Positions 38,601 to 51,869 of a stretch of DNA of 64,000 nucleotides are shown here, piece after piece (positions within the stretch are counted from its first letter, which is position 1; each line of letters starts with the position of its first letter). A program made the position numbers and the translations under genes. The notes below the pieces were generated by a model that made no database searches, was not told where the DNA came from, and worked only from the letters and a program-made list of their open reading frames with translations. The stretch is from Hydrolagus affinis (taxonomy: Eukaryota). The stretch is taken from positions 1 to 64,000 of the forward strand of contig JAAILG010001552.1 of NCBI GenBank assembly GCA_012026655.1. Direction: 5' to 3'.

Positions 38601-40019
38601 ATATAACATTATTAAAGAAAACCAGCAAAACCCAAAGCAACTGTGCTCATTGCCCTCGGAAACTCCATTTCCCGGAGAAGAAAAAAAGAAAGAAAATGTA
38701 ATAAAACGGCGGTGCATAAAGGCAATTCGACTGCTGCAGCACGGTGGGATTGTACCGTATAATGAAAAAAAATCGTTAGCAGACCACTGTGCAATTGCAA
38801 CAAGAGTATTGCCATATGTTGTGCCTCACAGGTTCCAAAATTACTATACCACTTGGCTAGGATGCCAATGTTTTCTCTGCAGTCTAGCTCCTACCAGCTG
38901 AGTGTTGCACTGTGAAATCACGTGGGCAGAATGGATTCACAACTCCAGGTGTGCTCATAATGAAGTTAATTGAAATGCTGATGATTTTTTTTCCTTCAGC
39001 AGAAATGCAGGTAAGGGTCTAACAGAAGCAGCAGCAAAAGAAGAAGACGGACATAGCAGGATGGTAAAAAGAAAAATTCCAACAGATAAAAAGAGATTTG
39101 CATTTTAATTTCCCCACTTCTTTTTCCGCTCGCTCCCTGTGTACACACACTCATTCATTCGCTGTCCATCATTTCAGCCTGGTGATTCGAATGAATAAAT
39201 CCTCGGCTTTCTCTAGATCGGTTTGCCTTGCAACAACAACACACGCGCAAAAAAAAAGCAATTTCATCCATCCCAGGTTCACATTTCAGTGTAACAAAAT
39301 ATGGTATATGCAAATACAGGCACCCAAAAGTATTCTAATTCAATATTCAAAGAACAAAAGTCAAGCCTCACAGAAGACTTAACGTATTTCAACCGGACGT
39401 TAAAACAAAACAGCACAAAGTCCAGTGTAATTAGTGAATAGCTACATGCTTGATTTAACAGAAGGCAGAACATTACGGTTGCAGACTTAATAGCGAGAAT
39501 AGTTGAAGGGCACAATGTTTTAATCAATAGGAAAAAAAAGGTTTTGCACCGAAAAGGGCAGTTTTTGATTTACACACTGCCGCTGGCGGACTGAGAGTGT
39601 GAGGAAACAGTATCTGACATGAATCAAAGCTGCGGTCATATTGCCTCGACTTACCCTTTACCAGTATGTGTACATCTCTGGCAGAACTGCCCTTTCCCTA
39701 AAGTTACTACATATGGATGATTTATACCTTAGCTCTGGGCAAATTGTTGAGAAATACAGTTGTTTTCTCTCCATTCTGAACATTAACTCTGCAGGACGCA
39801 AATGGTGTTTTGTGATTATTTGGAGATAGGGGAGTGGAGAGACAGAGAGAGAGAGAGAGACATATATGTTTTTGGAAGATAGTTGATTGGTGCTTACCAA
39901 ACCCCGACAGCAAAGCATGTACCATAAGATGTTAATATTGACTCTATTGTAAGGCATAGGGGTCCAGCCAGCGTGACATTAGCTGCTCACCTGTCATTTG
40001 TGGGGTTGTGATATGTGAG

Positions 40020-40172
40020 GAACGTAGGAACAGGAGTAGACCACTCAGCCCCTAGAGCCTGTTCCGCCCTTCTATTAGACCGTGACTGATGTGTATCTCA
40101 ACTCTAATCACCCGCCCTTGCCCCATATCCATTCACCTTACAGATATCTATCCAACTCAGTCTTGAAAATGG
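40020..40172 (-). mobile_element. CR1-like LINE 3' end
   Basis: TAGGAACAGGAGTAGACCACTCAGCCCCTAGAGCCTGTTCCGCC is the reverse of a typical chondrichthyan CR1 3' UTR. Similar short pieces occur near 25750, 34955 and 59175. Confidence 0.65.
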
Positions 40173-41083
40173 TTAATAGTGAATTCATTCAAGACTATCT
40201 CAAGGACGCAATGTTATTATCTGAAAGCCAGTGACCAAAATAGTTTTGCATTGCTGCTTATCAATCCCATCTCAAGCAATTCTGATGATTTCATTACAGA
40301 ACTGTTCTAACCATACGGGCTAAAACATTTTGCCTTTCAAATTATTACAGCGGTTCAAAGGGTTTCTGTACAGGACTGTTCCCTTTGATGCCGTTAATTA
40401 AATATCACTGTTTATCAGATATGCTCAGGGCTTCTTAAACTCACGTCTCTGCCAATTTAATTTACTTCAGGTAGGCTAGACACCTTTTCATTCGTGACAC
40501 AGGCTTTTTAAAAAAAAATACCATGAGAGATAGAGTTCTCGCCTGCTATGCTAAAGGTCTGCGAGTACTGTACTATATTCTGCATTGGGGAAATCTCGTA
40601 GGGAAAGCAATTTCTTCATTAATTCGGCTTTAGAACTGAATTACCCACCATGGAAATCTGAAAACCTGAGAAAAAGATAAATCACAGGTTATGAATAGTT
40701 ACTCAATGACAATACAGCGGTTTCCAGCGGATTGTTGTGGAGAAATTGCCTTGGTCTAAATCATTCCCTCCATTCAAATAGCGCCATTAAACCCAGTACT
40801 TCAGCAGGTAGCTGCTGTTTTGTGCAGAGAGTTAGTTGTGAACACAGTAGAGCAAGCTCAGTATTAATTTTAAAACAACACACACATCTGCAAAATGCCC
40901 CGTGCTGTGTAGATTCGCTAATGAGCCGTAGCACATGATACAATCCAATCCAACAACGTTTAAAATATAGAAATGTTCTGTGAAAGATTAAATTATGCCG
41001 TTAGTATCCGCCGCTAAGCCCCTGCTGTTATTGCTCGCCTGAACTAAACTAGCCAACCTCAACCACCGCACCGCAAGACTCAC

Positions 41084-43618
41084 CTCACTACATTTATTGC
41101 CCCCAATAGTTGAAGCATCCAACGTCTGGTCCCTCCAGCCAGTCGCGTATGGGTTGGATGCCTTGACGTTATTCCTAGAAGTGGAGGAACTGTAGGGTTT
41201 GAGAAACATTAAGTCTGTCTTAGCTGATTCTGGGCTCAAACACACTTTGTAGCAGTAAGTTTGATTAAGTGACCCACTGCCTCCCACCTCCATGCGGCTC
41301 GGCGGGACCTTGGCGCTGGCTGGCATCTGGAAGTTCACATGGGAGTTATTCAACACATCTCCCGAACGCTTGCGTTTGAAACAACAGCTGCTGCCTTCGC
41401 TGGAGCAACAGGCGCCGAGAGAGCAGACGCGGTGGCCATGGGCACTGTGTCTCTCCTTGTGGCACTTGACTGAAACCAAAGTGATGATGGCCACCAGGAA
41501 TATGAAGGAGACGGAGCCCAAGGAGACAATCAAATACAGGTTGAAATTGGACAGGTACTCGGTGTCTTTAGGTTTGTCGCTCAAGTCGGAGAAGACTTCT
41601 GGTACACTGTCCACTATGGACACCACGATGGTCACTGAGCTGGAGAGCGGAGGTTGTCCATGGTCCATCACCAGGATGACCACCCTTTGCTTGAGGGCAT
41701 CTTGATCCTCCAAGAGGCGCACTGTCCTGATCTCGCCGCTGAGGGGCGCCACGCTGAACAGATCCGGCTCGGCGCTTTGGAACAGCTGGTAGGAGAGCCG
41801 CCCGTTCTGCCCGGAATCCACGTCGATGGCGACCACCTTGGTGACCAGGTAGCCGGGATCTGCGGAGCGCGGGACCATCTCGGTGGCGTGGGAACCGTTC
41901 CGGGGCAACGGGGAGGTGACCTCGGGCGCGTTGTCGTTCTGATCCAAGATGATCACATTGACCGTCACGTTGCTCTGGAGAGAGGGGAAGCCGGCATCCT
42001 GGGCTTGAACTGTCACTTGGAAGTTCTTGAGTTGCTCAAAGTCAAAGGAGCGCAGCGCGTACAGGTTGCCGGTGTTCAGATTGATGGAGACATAAGTGGA
42101 GATGGGGGTGCCCCGTATCTTGCTGTCCAAAATACAGTAGGATACATAGGCATTCTGATCGATATCTGGATCGAAGGCAGAAACCGTGCAAATTGAAGCT
42201 CCCGGAGCGTTGTTCTCCGTCACATAGATGGTGTAGGAAGGGTGGGCAAAGAGAGGCGCGTTGTCGTTGACGTCCGAAACCCGCACTAAGATGGTTTGGT
42301 TGGTGGAGAGGGGTGGGGAGCCCGCGTCCGTGGCCGTGACCGTCACGTTATACTCCCGGACGCTCTCTCGGTCCAGAAAATCGTCGGTGACCAACGTGTA
42401 ATAGTTCTTGAAGGACGACTGCAGTTTGAAAGGCAGATTCTTGGCCATGTGACAGCGGGTCTTCCCGTTTTCGCCCGAATCCCGGTCGGTCACGCTGATC
42501 AGAGCGATCACCGTGCCCGGGAATGAATCCTCGCGAACCGGACTGGACAGGGAGGTCAACACGACCTCGGGCGCATTGTCATTGACATCGATGATCTCCA
42601 CCACCACAGTGCAGTGCACGGCCGCCGTGTAAGGACCTCTGTCATTGGCTTGCACGTAGATCTCATACACACTGGCTTCTTCGTAATCCACCACGCCTTT
42701 GACCCTGATCTCGCCAGTTTGTGGCTCCACACTGAACAGCTGGCGAAGCCTGCCTGGCGCATGGTGACTGAAGGAGTAGGTGATCTCTCCATGGGAGCCT
42801 TCGTCCAAATCAGTGGCGTTGAGTTTGATCACCACCGTGTTTCTGGGCGCATTTTCCACCAGGCAAACCGTGTAGACCGTCTGGTCGAAGACGGGCGCGT
42901 TGTCGTTGACATCCAGGACCGTGACAATCACCAGCGCGGTACCCGATCTCTGCGGGACGCCGCCGTCGATCGCCATCAGGATCAACTTGTGCGCCGCCTG
43001 CTGTTCCCGGTCCAGGGATCTCTCCAGCACCAACACCGGGAATCGGTTGCGTTCGCTGCGGGTCTGTACCTCCAGAGCGAAGTGCGTGTTGGAACTGAGT
43101 TGGTAGGTTTGGAGGGAATTGGCGCCCACATCTGGATCGCGCGCCTTCTCGAGGGGGAACCGGGCTCCCGGGCTGACCGACTCGGCGATCTCCAAACGGA
43201 ATTCACGCCAGGGGAAACTGGGGGAATTGTCGTTCACGTCCAGTATCTCCACCTCGACGCGGTAGAGTTCCAGAGGGTTCTCAATGACAATTTCCAGGTG
43301 TAGGAAGCAGCTCGTTCGGACCCCGCACAGCTGCTCCCTGTCTACCTTCTCGTTCACGAACAGGATCCCGTTTTCCAAATTCACCTCCAGGTACTGGGTC
43401 TTGGGACCAGGGACTATGCGGAACCGACGCGCCGATAGTTTCTTCACGTCCAGTCCCAAATCGTCCGCGATGTTCCCAACGAACGCGCCGTGTTTGAGTT
43501 CTTCGGGAATGGAATAGCGAATCTGTCCGGTGATGAAATCCCACACGCACGAGAAGACAATCAGAACGATAACTTGCCGTCTCACCCAGGTACTTTTCTG
43601 TGCATTAGACAACTCCAT
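41084..43618 (-). CDS. Solitary protocadherin variable exon (signal peptide, EC1-EC6, TM, Cys-rich cytoplasmic segment); PCDH10/alphaC2-like, probably the cluster's Pcdh-delta gene
   Basis: ORF 40988..43618 has six cadherin repeats, TM LYLIVSLGSVSFIFLVAIITLVSV and YCYKVCLSPESAKTDLMFLKP. A consensus phase-0 donor GAG|GTGAGT lies at 41084/41083 (845 codons). The subfamily name is inferred from isolation and position. Confidence 0.96.
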
Positions 43619-43686
43619 GGCTTGTAGGTAGACCTCGAACGCAATCCCAACCTAGCAAGTTCTTGTTCCATCCAGCACTCGAGCAA

Positions 43687-43752
43687 CGAGAGAGAAACAG
43701 AGAGAGAGCGAGAGCGAGAGGCAGAAAGAGAGAGAGAGAGAGAGAGAGAGAG
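43687..43752. repeat. (GA)n/(CT)n microsatellite in the probable 5' UTR
   Basis: Visible run 70-135 bp upstream of the ATG at 43618. A (TG)n run lies at about 43940-43963. Confidence 0.9.
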
Positions 43753-44049
43753 TGAGGGAGAAATAACTCAACGTGTCTCACTGAAGATTTCACTTGCAAT
43801 ATGCGTAAAGGCGCGTGTCGTGTCTCCAATTCCACACTGAAAGGCTACAGTGATGTTACTGTTGAGACTTCCCATGGCACGCACACGCCTTGCCTCTCGC
43901 ACACACACACAGCTGACTCGCAGCATAACGAGCCAGTACTGTGTATGTGTGTGTGTGTGTGTGTTTCTTTGGGAAAATCTTCCTCCTGTATAGCTAGCGC
44001 GAAGGCACGAGTGCATTTGATGCAGCAGATCCCAGCTTTATTTCAGAAC

Positions 44050-44076
44050 CCTATTGGAGGACAGCGGCAGGGCGAG
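44050..44076 (-). promoter_or_regulatory. CSE (CGCT box) plus CCAAT of the solo Pcdh promoter
   Basis: Sense CGCCCTGCCGCTGTCCTCCAATAG has the same CGCTGTCC.CCAATA arrangement as the promoter at 1950-1970. It is about 445 bp upstream of the ATG. Confidence 0.8.
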
Positions 44077-46579
44077 ATTAACCCTTCCTTGTCTGATCGA
44101 GAGAGCAATTCCTGCAAAAGACAAAACAGGAGTTTGGTCAAAAGTCCATCAAATGTAATTATTATTATTACTATTATTAGTTGTGTTCAGAAAATCGGAT
44201 TCATTGTTTTCCAATTATCAATATCATAAATGACGATGACAATAGCAAGTTTCATTGATATAGTGACCCTGACACTGGATGACACTTTATTTTGAATAAG
44301 TGTCCCTTAGAAAATCGCCTGTGAGTGAGATAATCAATAATGTACTCGAACGCTGAGACTCTGGATTGAAATTACTGCACATCATTACAGTTTCTCTCGT
44401 ACTAACTGGTTTATTTATAAACGTGTACCAAGAAGAGAGCAAAGCATCATTTTCTTTAGTTAATCTCTGAGCAAGTACAGGGCGGGTGGAGCGATTTACT
44501 GGTAAATGTAAACAAGGCAGAATGATGGACGATATGAATACACTTTTTTAAATACAAAACCACTTTCCCATGACAGACCCATATTTATTCACGTTTCAGC
44601 AAACTCAAACTGAAAATGGAAACAGAAACATATTTCGAGCTCCTGTCTACATGTCCAGAGACCTTCTATGCTGTACACAGAACTCCCCTTTTTTGTAATT
44701 TTAAGCACCCTCTATAATTTACTTGACGGTTTGATACCCACATTTCCATACAGGTCGATTTCAGCTTGGAGTAAAAAACATCGATTGCTTCAAAGATGAA
44801 GGGAAGTGTTTCTAAACTTATTGAAACCCGTGGCTATATCAGCTAACTCCCGCGGTTGGTGGTGGAGAGTGTTGTGTGTGTGTTTGGGGGGTGGGGAGAG
44901 AGAGAGAGCGCCAGGCGACATCAGAATGAATACATGCATAATTCACACATAAAGCTTGTTGCCTGTTGCTGCTAACTGTTAATAAATGCAATGATCTTGT
45001 ACATAACGTTGGCTTTACTTAACCCAATTTGACAAACCTCAGCGGTCTCCCATTTCAATAGAAGCACAAAGAATGGTGCACATTGCCTCTGATTGATAAC
45101 TTTTGCTTTGTGTTCCGGGAATCCCCAAAGGAATCCTTTGCCTGTGGCCCCCCGCGCCCCTCCCCCACCGCCTACACTCCCACTGACTCAGAATCAGTGG
45201 CTTTGCTTCATTCACCAACTGGTGTCCATTCTCTAGAGAGAGGCGTGCAGCATTTGTGCAGAAGAAGAAATCACAAAGGGACAGATTTTCAAACGGTCGC
45301 CAGTCATTGTACCAGCGCCCAGTAACAACAAGCACCAGACAATGGACTGACCCAGCGGGAGATTCAAACCCTCCCCACCAGCCACAAACTCAGCTGGGAT
45401 GTATGCTGGAGAACAACGCATGCGTTCAGATTCAATCGCCTCTCAGCAAAGCCATTCACAATTAAGGACAGAGCTATCAATGGAAAGCTATGTTGTTGTA
45501 GCTGGTTAGACTCCCGTCAGTTAGCTTCCTCCCCCCCCCCCCAACGCACATGTTGTGCTTCCCCAAGCCTTGGTCCTTGCTAATCTGAGCCTAATAATCA
45601 CATTGACTATCTTCCTTCCAGAAGTGGGGTGGGGGAGGTGAAGGGAGACTTACTGGAGCTGAACGGGTGCACAGTACATCACATGGGCATTGAATGAGGC
45701 AGAAACGTCCATGCTTTGAGTTGGATGCCTCATCCACACCGTGAAACATGTAATTTAACGGCAATTTAGGAAGCTGCCTGCTTGGAACTCAGAAAGAACA
45801 CCAAATAATGATACGTGTGTGGTTTACAATGATTTGTTTCCCATTCCCATGTCATATTAAAATCATATATACCATTCAGATGTAATTGAGGCCTAGAAAT
45901 GCAACATAGCCACAAACATATCTGTAGGTCTACAAATGTGCAATGTTTCGGTGACTTAACATAATTCCATATCTGGCACCGCAATGTATAATAACAATGA
46001 TAACAATCTTTGCATTTGACACAGCGCTTTTCATAACTTCTAGGCGTCTCAAAGCACTTCACACTATATACTGCATCTGCGAATAGGGAATACTTGAAGA
46101 TTACCAAGCACTGTAAAAATTGAGCAATATTAGGTACAGATAAGAAAAGCTTGATCAGAACATGGAACTTATTTTCAAACCAATAAGGTATTTATTCATA
46201 AAATGGTGAATGGAAAAGACTTACTCTTCACAGATTCAAGCCATTACCAACTCATTCTATCTGTTAGGGAGAAAGCTGTTCAGATATTCGCAGAAATCAT
46301 AGAAAACATTATATAGATTTTTAAACACTGTGAGGCAAAGATATTGTAACAGAAAATGTCAATTCACTACATACTGATTTGTGAAATCTTACAAATTGGC
46401 TGTCGTTGGCCTTCAAATTCAACACTTGAAATAAAGCACCAGTTAAAATTTGAGATGTTTCAATATTAAAACTGCTATATGTTTTGTTTTGCCAACAAAA
46501 TATACAGTCAATTCACTTTACAGTATATTTGTGGAGAGCATTGAGATGTCTCGAAGATGTGATGTCAATTTATTATTAA

Positions 46580-46921
46580 ATAATAATAATAATCCTTGCA
46601 TTTGATATAGCACTTTTCACACATCTTATCGACATCCCAAAGCGCTTCACAGAATATACTGTAAAGTGAATTGACTGTATATATTTGTGGATGAATCGCG
46701 GTAGCAAATTGCGCACAGCAGTGTCCCACAAACAATCGTGGATTGAAATGACCAATTTTATTATTGTGGTTTTTTTGGGGAGGGATTATTATTAGGCATG
46801 CGGAGGAAGGAAACTTGCCCAAGTTTTTGCCCTGACCTGCCTGGATTCGAACACAGGTCTCCCCAGCTTGGTCTCCCCACTTGCAAGACAAGTGCTCTAA
46901 ACACTGAGCCACAAGAGCTCC
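46580..46921 (-). mobile_element. Full-length tRNA-derived SINE
   Basis: Close match to 12241-12578, including the duplicated GGGGAGACC unit. Confidence 0.92.
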
Positions 46922-49900
46922 ATAAATACAAGTATAATCATTATCATAATACAGAAAAGCTATTTTAATTAATATATGAACTCAGAAAATAGGAAATAAT
47001 CTTAAAATTAGCAAACTCAAATGATAAAAAGGATTTCTGCCTCATAGAATAGTAGGTGTGTAGAACAGTCTCACAACAAAATCAGTTGATGCCCCTATCA
47101 TTAACCACTCTCAATGATATTAGGTCCTTCTGAAAGGAAATGGATAAGCATTTGCTTGAGAAACGTTGGAGGTTACTTGGATAATTGCAGTCTGAGATTA
47201 AAATCAGAATTTCAAGACACAATGTAATAATCCTTGAATTCAATTTAGCACCTTATCACATGGTTCCAATGGGACTCAAAGAGGGAGGTGGGAGGGGGGG
47301 TGGGGGAACAGAGAATTTTGTCTGTGAGGCATATAAATTGAGTTTGATTGTGGGGATGGAGCATTTATGTAAAAATGTTCCTTCAATGCAGTCCACAATA
47401 AAATATTTTGCAAGTTCTAGATGGAGAGGGACCGTAAAACTGACTGACCTAAACTTACTCCAAGTTTCTTAGAATTTTATTTTATGTATCTCAATTAAAA
47501 TGATGCATCAATTTATTCCTGGAATAATAGATGCCAATGCCAACAACAACAACTTGCATTATATAGCACCGCTCATGTAGGTTAGCATCCCTGGGTGCTT
47601 AAACATCACACTTTAACTCGCAGAAGAAATAATTGCAAATAAATTTAACAAAATAATAATCTTTAAATGAAAATGTGATCACTCCACATGCAGGATGCTC
47701 CACTCTTCCTGATTGAAGCACTGTGGCAATGAGTGGCAATAAAAGGATAGATTGCTCTGAAAATACTATGCGCTTAAGGCCCTGACACAATGTCTTGCTG
47801 AGATTATTTTCTCTTTACACACCTATTGTACTTCACCCATGTTCTCTCTGACCCTCACAAACACACTACTTTCCACCTCTACTTACTCACCATGAACAGA
47901 CTTATTTTCTATGAGTGAAATTGAAAAATTCTGTGATCAAACTGCAGCCATGAAGCAAATCCATGTCATAGCATATTTACATCTCCAGAGTGACACATTG
48001 CCTTGTAGAAGTGAGAAAAATCATCAGCCATTTTCAGGGAATATCTGACAATCCTTTAATATTTTTGACTTTAATGTTGGCTCAACATCCAATGGTGGTA
48101 TCATAGATACTTCAGCACTAAAATAGTCAGTTTGGCCCATTAAATCCACCTGTGTCATTGTATTTAATCCCAAACTTCTGCTTGTTCCCCCAAACCCTTC
48201 AATCTTCTTTTTCAAGTAGCGTCCCAAAGTGGCAATTCTTTTTGTGTAAGTCTAGAGTGTAAATGTCAACAGTTAATTCAACAAGATCTCAGCTAGATTC
48301 TGTCCTCTCTCCCTCTCTCTCTCTCTCTCATACACAAGCATGAGTAATTCAGCAAGACTCAATGGATTACAATCAAAAATGGAAACACAGAATGATTTTT
48401 GCCCTCTTGGGACAAATGGGCACTGAAGCCAATTGTGATGCCCTCACCAGCAATCCAGCTGAGATCAGCTAACTCAGCAAATGAATCTGGAATACTTTAG
48501 GTCTGCATGCCTATGAAAGTGCATCTATGCATGAAGACATCAGAGGGCTGCTTTTTTTTAACTTATTTTTTATTAATTTACAATAACAATAAAACAATTT
48601 ACAGTGGTCCCATGGAAAGGTGAGTTAAAAGCATATTCCTGCAAGTGCAGAGGAAATAAATAACAAACCTGAGATCAAAGGGGATCCATCAGGACATTCA
48701 AAATCATAAAGTGCAGCTAAAGTACTGTGTTTTTTCACCAAATCTAGTAGAAATGCACCAGCCTCATCATACTGTAGTGTTAGCCTATTAGCCTAGCCAG
48801 GCTCCACTGACTCACATTACCCTTGCAGATCAACTTCAACATCCTTGCCTTTACCTATTATTTTGAAAAGAATTCTAGAAACCTGGTTTCTAAATTAAGA
48901 CAGAGTACTAAAAAAAATTCCATAATTGTGCATGATTGTAGATTTTAAGACAAATTATTAAGACCAAGTATAATTTCAGGCTTTCTAATCCTCCAGCGCT
49001 ACACATATCAATAATGAATCAACACTTTTGTATTCAATGAGCTTTGCCCAGTAAGGCGAAAGTGTTATACTATACTGTAGATGCAATAATAAAAATAACT
49101 TGTGTTGGCTGTGGAAAGGAATTGAAGTTGAGTGTGCGTGTAGACTCTGCACTATTGCACACAAGAGTAAATGCAATGGACAACCTTGTCAGACTCAAAC
49201 CGTAGTCTGTTTCTCGTTTCACTTCTGAGTAGAAACACAGAGGAAACATTTCAATGGTTCTGTGCACAGCAATTAACTTAATCAAGCATTATGATACTTA
49301 TGCGAGAAGCCAACTTGAAGACAATTTTTTTTTACAAAGTGCTTCTCTTTCACTGCGTTGTCAAAGCTCATCGGGCTGGGCCAAGTACAATCGAATATCG
49401 TCATCTGTTAAACTCGGTAAGTATTCATTTGACACAATCAACATAAATGTACACGAAACGAAGATTTATACGGTCATTGCTGGGCTAGATTATGGCTGGA
49501 TGCTGACTCCAGGGCTGCCAAAGGCTGGTTTCTAGAAATACATTGAATCATCATGGCAGAGGCGGAAATTCTGCTGTCCACACTAAACTGTACTGTAATC
49601 CATGTTAATGTGCAGTGAATCATTGTGGTGACTGGATATATTCGGGGCCAGGTTTGCAATGCAATAGTGCTCACTAAATCATAGTAGACGCAGACACATC
49701 ATTTTCAGACAAATATTAATGTCATTCACCCCCGCCCCTCCCCCCACCACCCGACAAAAAAAACAAATCTGCCTATATTATTGTTGAGGAATCATTTGCT
49801 ATTGACACAATGGCTAGCTTTGTGTATCAAGGGGGGGAAAAAAATAAGCAATTACTGAGGTTCGATATGGAAACTGAACATTTTTTTGCACCATTATATA

Positions 49901-51869
49901 AATGTCAAACAATTTAAACAATGTTTTTCAAGAGTGCATTTCGCTGCTGGTTGGTGCATTTATGTGCATATTTCTTTGGGATTATCTCAAAGCTGTTCAT
50001 AATCACAATTCATGGCTGTCTGTCCATCCTTCCTTGACTGAACTCTCCCTTTATTTAAATGCTAAAAACTCAAAATATCTCCCAAACAGCAATTACCCAC
50101 ATTATACTCCAGTCTCATTTTGTTTAGCCCTTTTTTTTGGAAGAACACATTAAAAAGCAGATTAAACGGTTGCACAAATTGTCATCCATATGTTCTAACC
50201 GTCATGGGGGCTTTATTCTCTCTACCTCTCTCTCTCTCTCTCTTTCTGTCTCCTGATCTCAAAATTTCAGCTTGTTTTTCCTGATGCGTGACTTTTTGTG
50301 TTTTTTTTTATTTTGGATTCAAATCAGTCCCCCTGGGTTTTGTCATTATTGCTGGAGTCGGTGAGCGGTTGTTGCTCGGAATAATTTAGTCTAAATTTAT
50401 GTGTCAATTCACAAACGGCCAGTGTCTGTAGCAGATCATGCCTGGTTGTGTTCTGAATGAGAGACACAGAGTTAGCCAAGTCAGCCAGTTAGTGCATTGC
50501 AAATTCAGACAAATGGCACAGTAGGTTAATGCACTCTGCATGTTTTGCACTACTATATTTGGATTAATATGTTTTCCATACTGTAACGTATAAAATTACT
50601 CAATTTTCCAGTCTGATAAGTATTTTCCAGAAGAAATTATCCATAAACAGGTTACCATTGAAGTCACAAATAGGGGCTAGAACTGATTCGTGCAATGAGC
50701 TAGATATGGAGCAATGGATTTGTCTCTGGTGTGATTAGAATAATCTTCTGGCCAACAGTCTTTCCGATTGGTCATTTACCTTACTGCTCTCCCTGGGATT
50801 TTGCTGTATTTGCCTGCATATAAAATCATGCTTGAAGTTTGACAATAGTTATTACATACAGTAGATCTTTTTGAGAAATAAACTGCTATAAAAATATAAG
50901 TTCTTCCATTCAGAAATTCTCCCAAATTGCTATGCTTTCCGTTTGAAACCCCCAAAGAAAGTTTTGACAAGTTAGTTAGCCAGGGAGGAATTACTTCCAG
51001 CCTGACATTCAATATCTATGGGGGTTGGGGCGGACCATTGAATAATGATAAGATCCTCAATTTTTTTTATGAGAATCATACACATTTTAGCTCTGTAACC
51101 TATAAGAAGATTCAGCCCATGGAGTCTGTTCCACCAACAACCTTTCTGATTGGTCATTCACCTATAACTTTTCATGATAATTTGCTGTATTTACCTGCAA
51201 AAAATTAACTGCTGAAGTTCGACAATAATTATTACATACAGTAGATTACATACTAATGTATGTATGTACTGTATGTATTCGATTAGATTATGGCTGATCT
51301 ACACCTCATCTACCGAGAAATACTGAGGTCAATTTTGGCTGCGATCAAATAATGAAATCAGATAAAGCACAACATGATGAATCAAGCCAGGGACTTTCCG
51401 AGTACACAGGCAGTGTTGTTACTGAATGATACTGTTTCTGTTGTTCACATCATACAAACTGTTAGTTTCATATGTCTTGGATTGAGTTTGGTGCTAGCGG
51501 TATTCAACAGTGCCAACACCAGCTGTCAGTATACTCCATGTTATTGCAGTACACAGGCATTCATGCTGCAAGATTAATTAATCTGATTTAATTACCGCAA
51601 ATTCATCAATAAATAATTTGCAGTTGATTACTAGTGGGGTCTACGTGTTATAGCATTGGGGGTTTCACCTCTGGTTATGCTCCAGGCAAACAAGTTGACT
51701 TGATATTCAAAGAGCTTTCAAAGATTCCAACTAAATATAATATCCATCTCATTTGTATTCAGTGAAAAAAAATGCTTTTCCCAAATTCTCCAAATTCAAT
51801 ATTAATTCAGAAATGTCTCTAATAAATCATAAGATCATGATGAATTTGCACTTTAATAGTACATTTCAA

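Noticed and set aside
39655-39830. TKHHLRPAELMF, reminiscent of PCDH10 TKHQRAEL, near a GTAAGT donor
   Set aside because: No AG acceptor precedes the motif in a usable position, and the frame stops before the donor.
40988-41083. Last 31 aa of the 876-aa ORF
   Set aside because: This lies beyond a consensus GAG|GTGAGT donor, so it is intron read-through, relevant only to an unspliced isoform.
41733-41749. Exonic CTCF-like GCCGCTGAGGGGCGCC
   Set aside because: It mismatches the central AG, and such matches are expected by chance in GC-rich coding DNA.
41292-43517. Long plus-strand ORFs (137, 180 and 229 aa) and similar ones over 1182-5322
   Set aside because: They are antisense shadows of GC-rich cadherin coding sequence, with no independent protein features.
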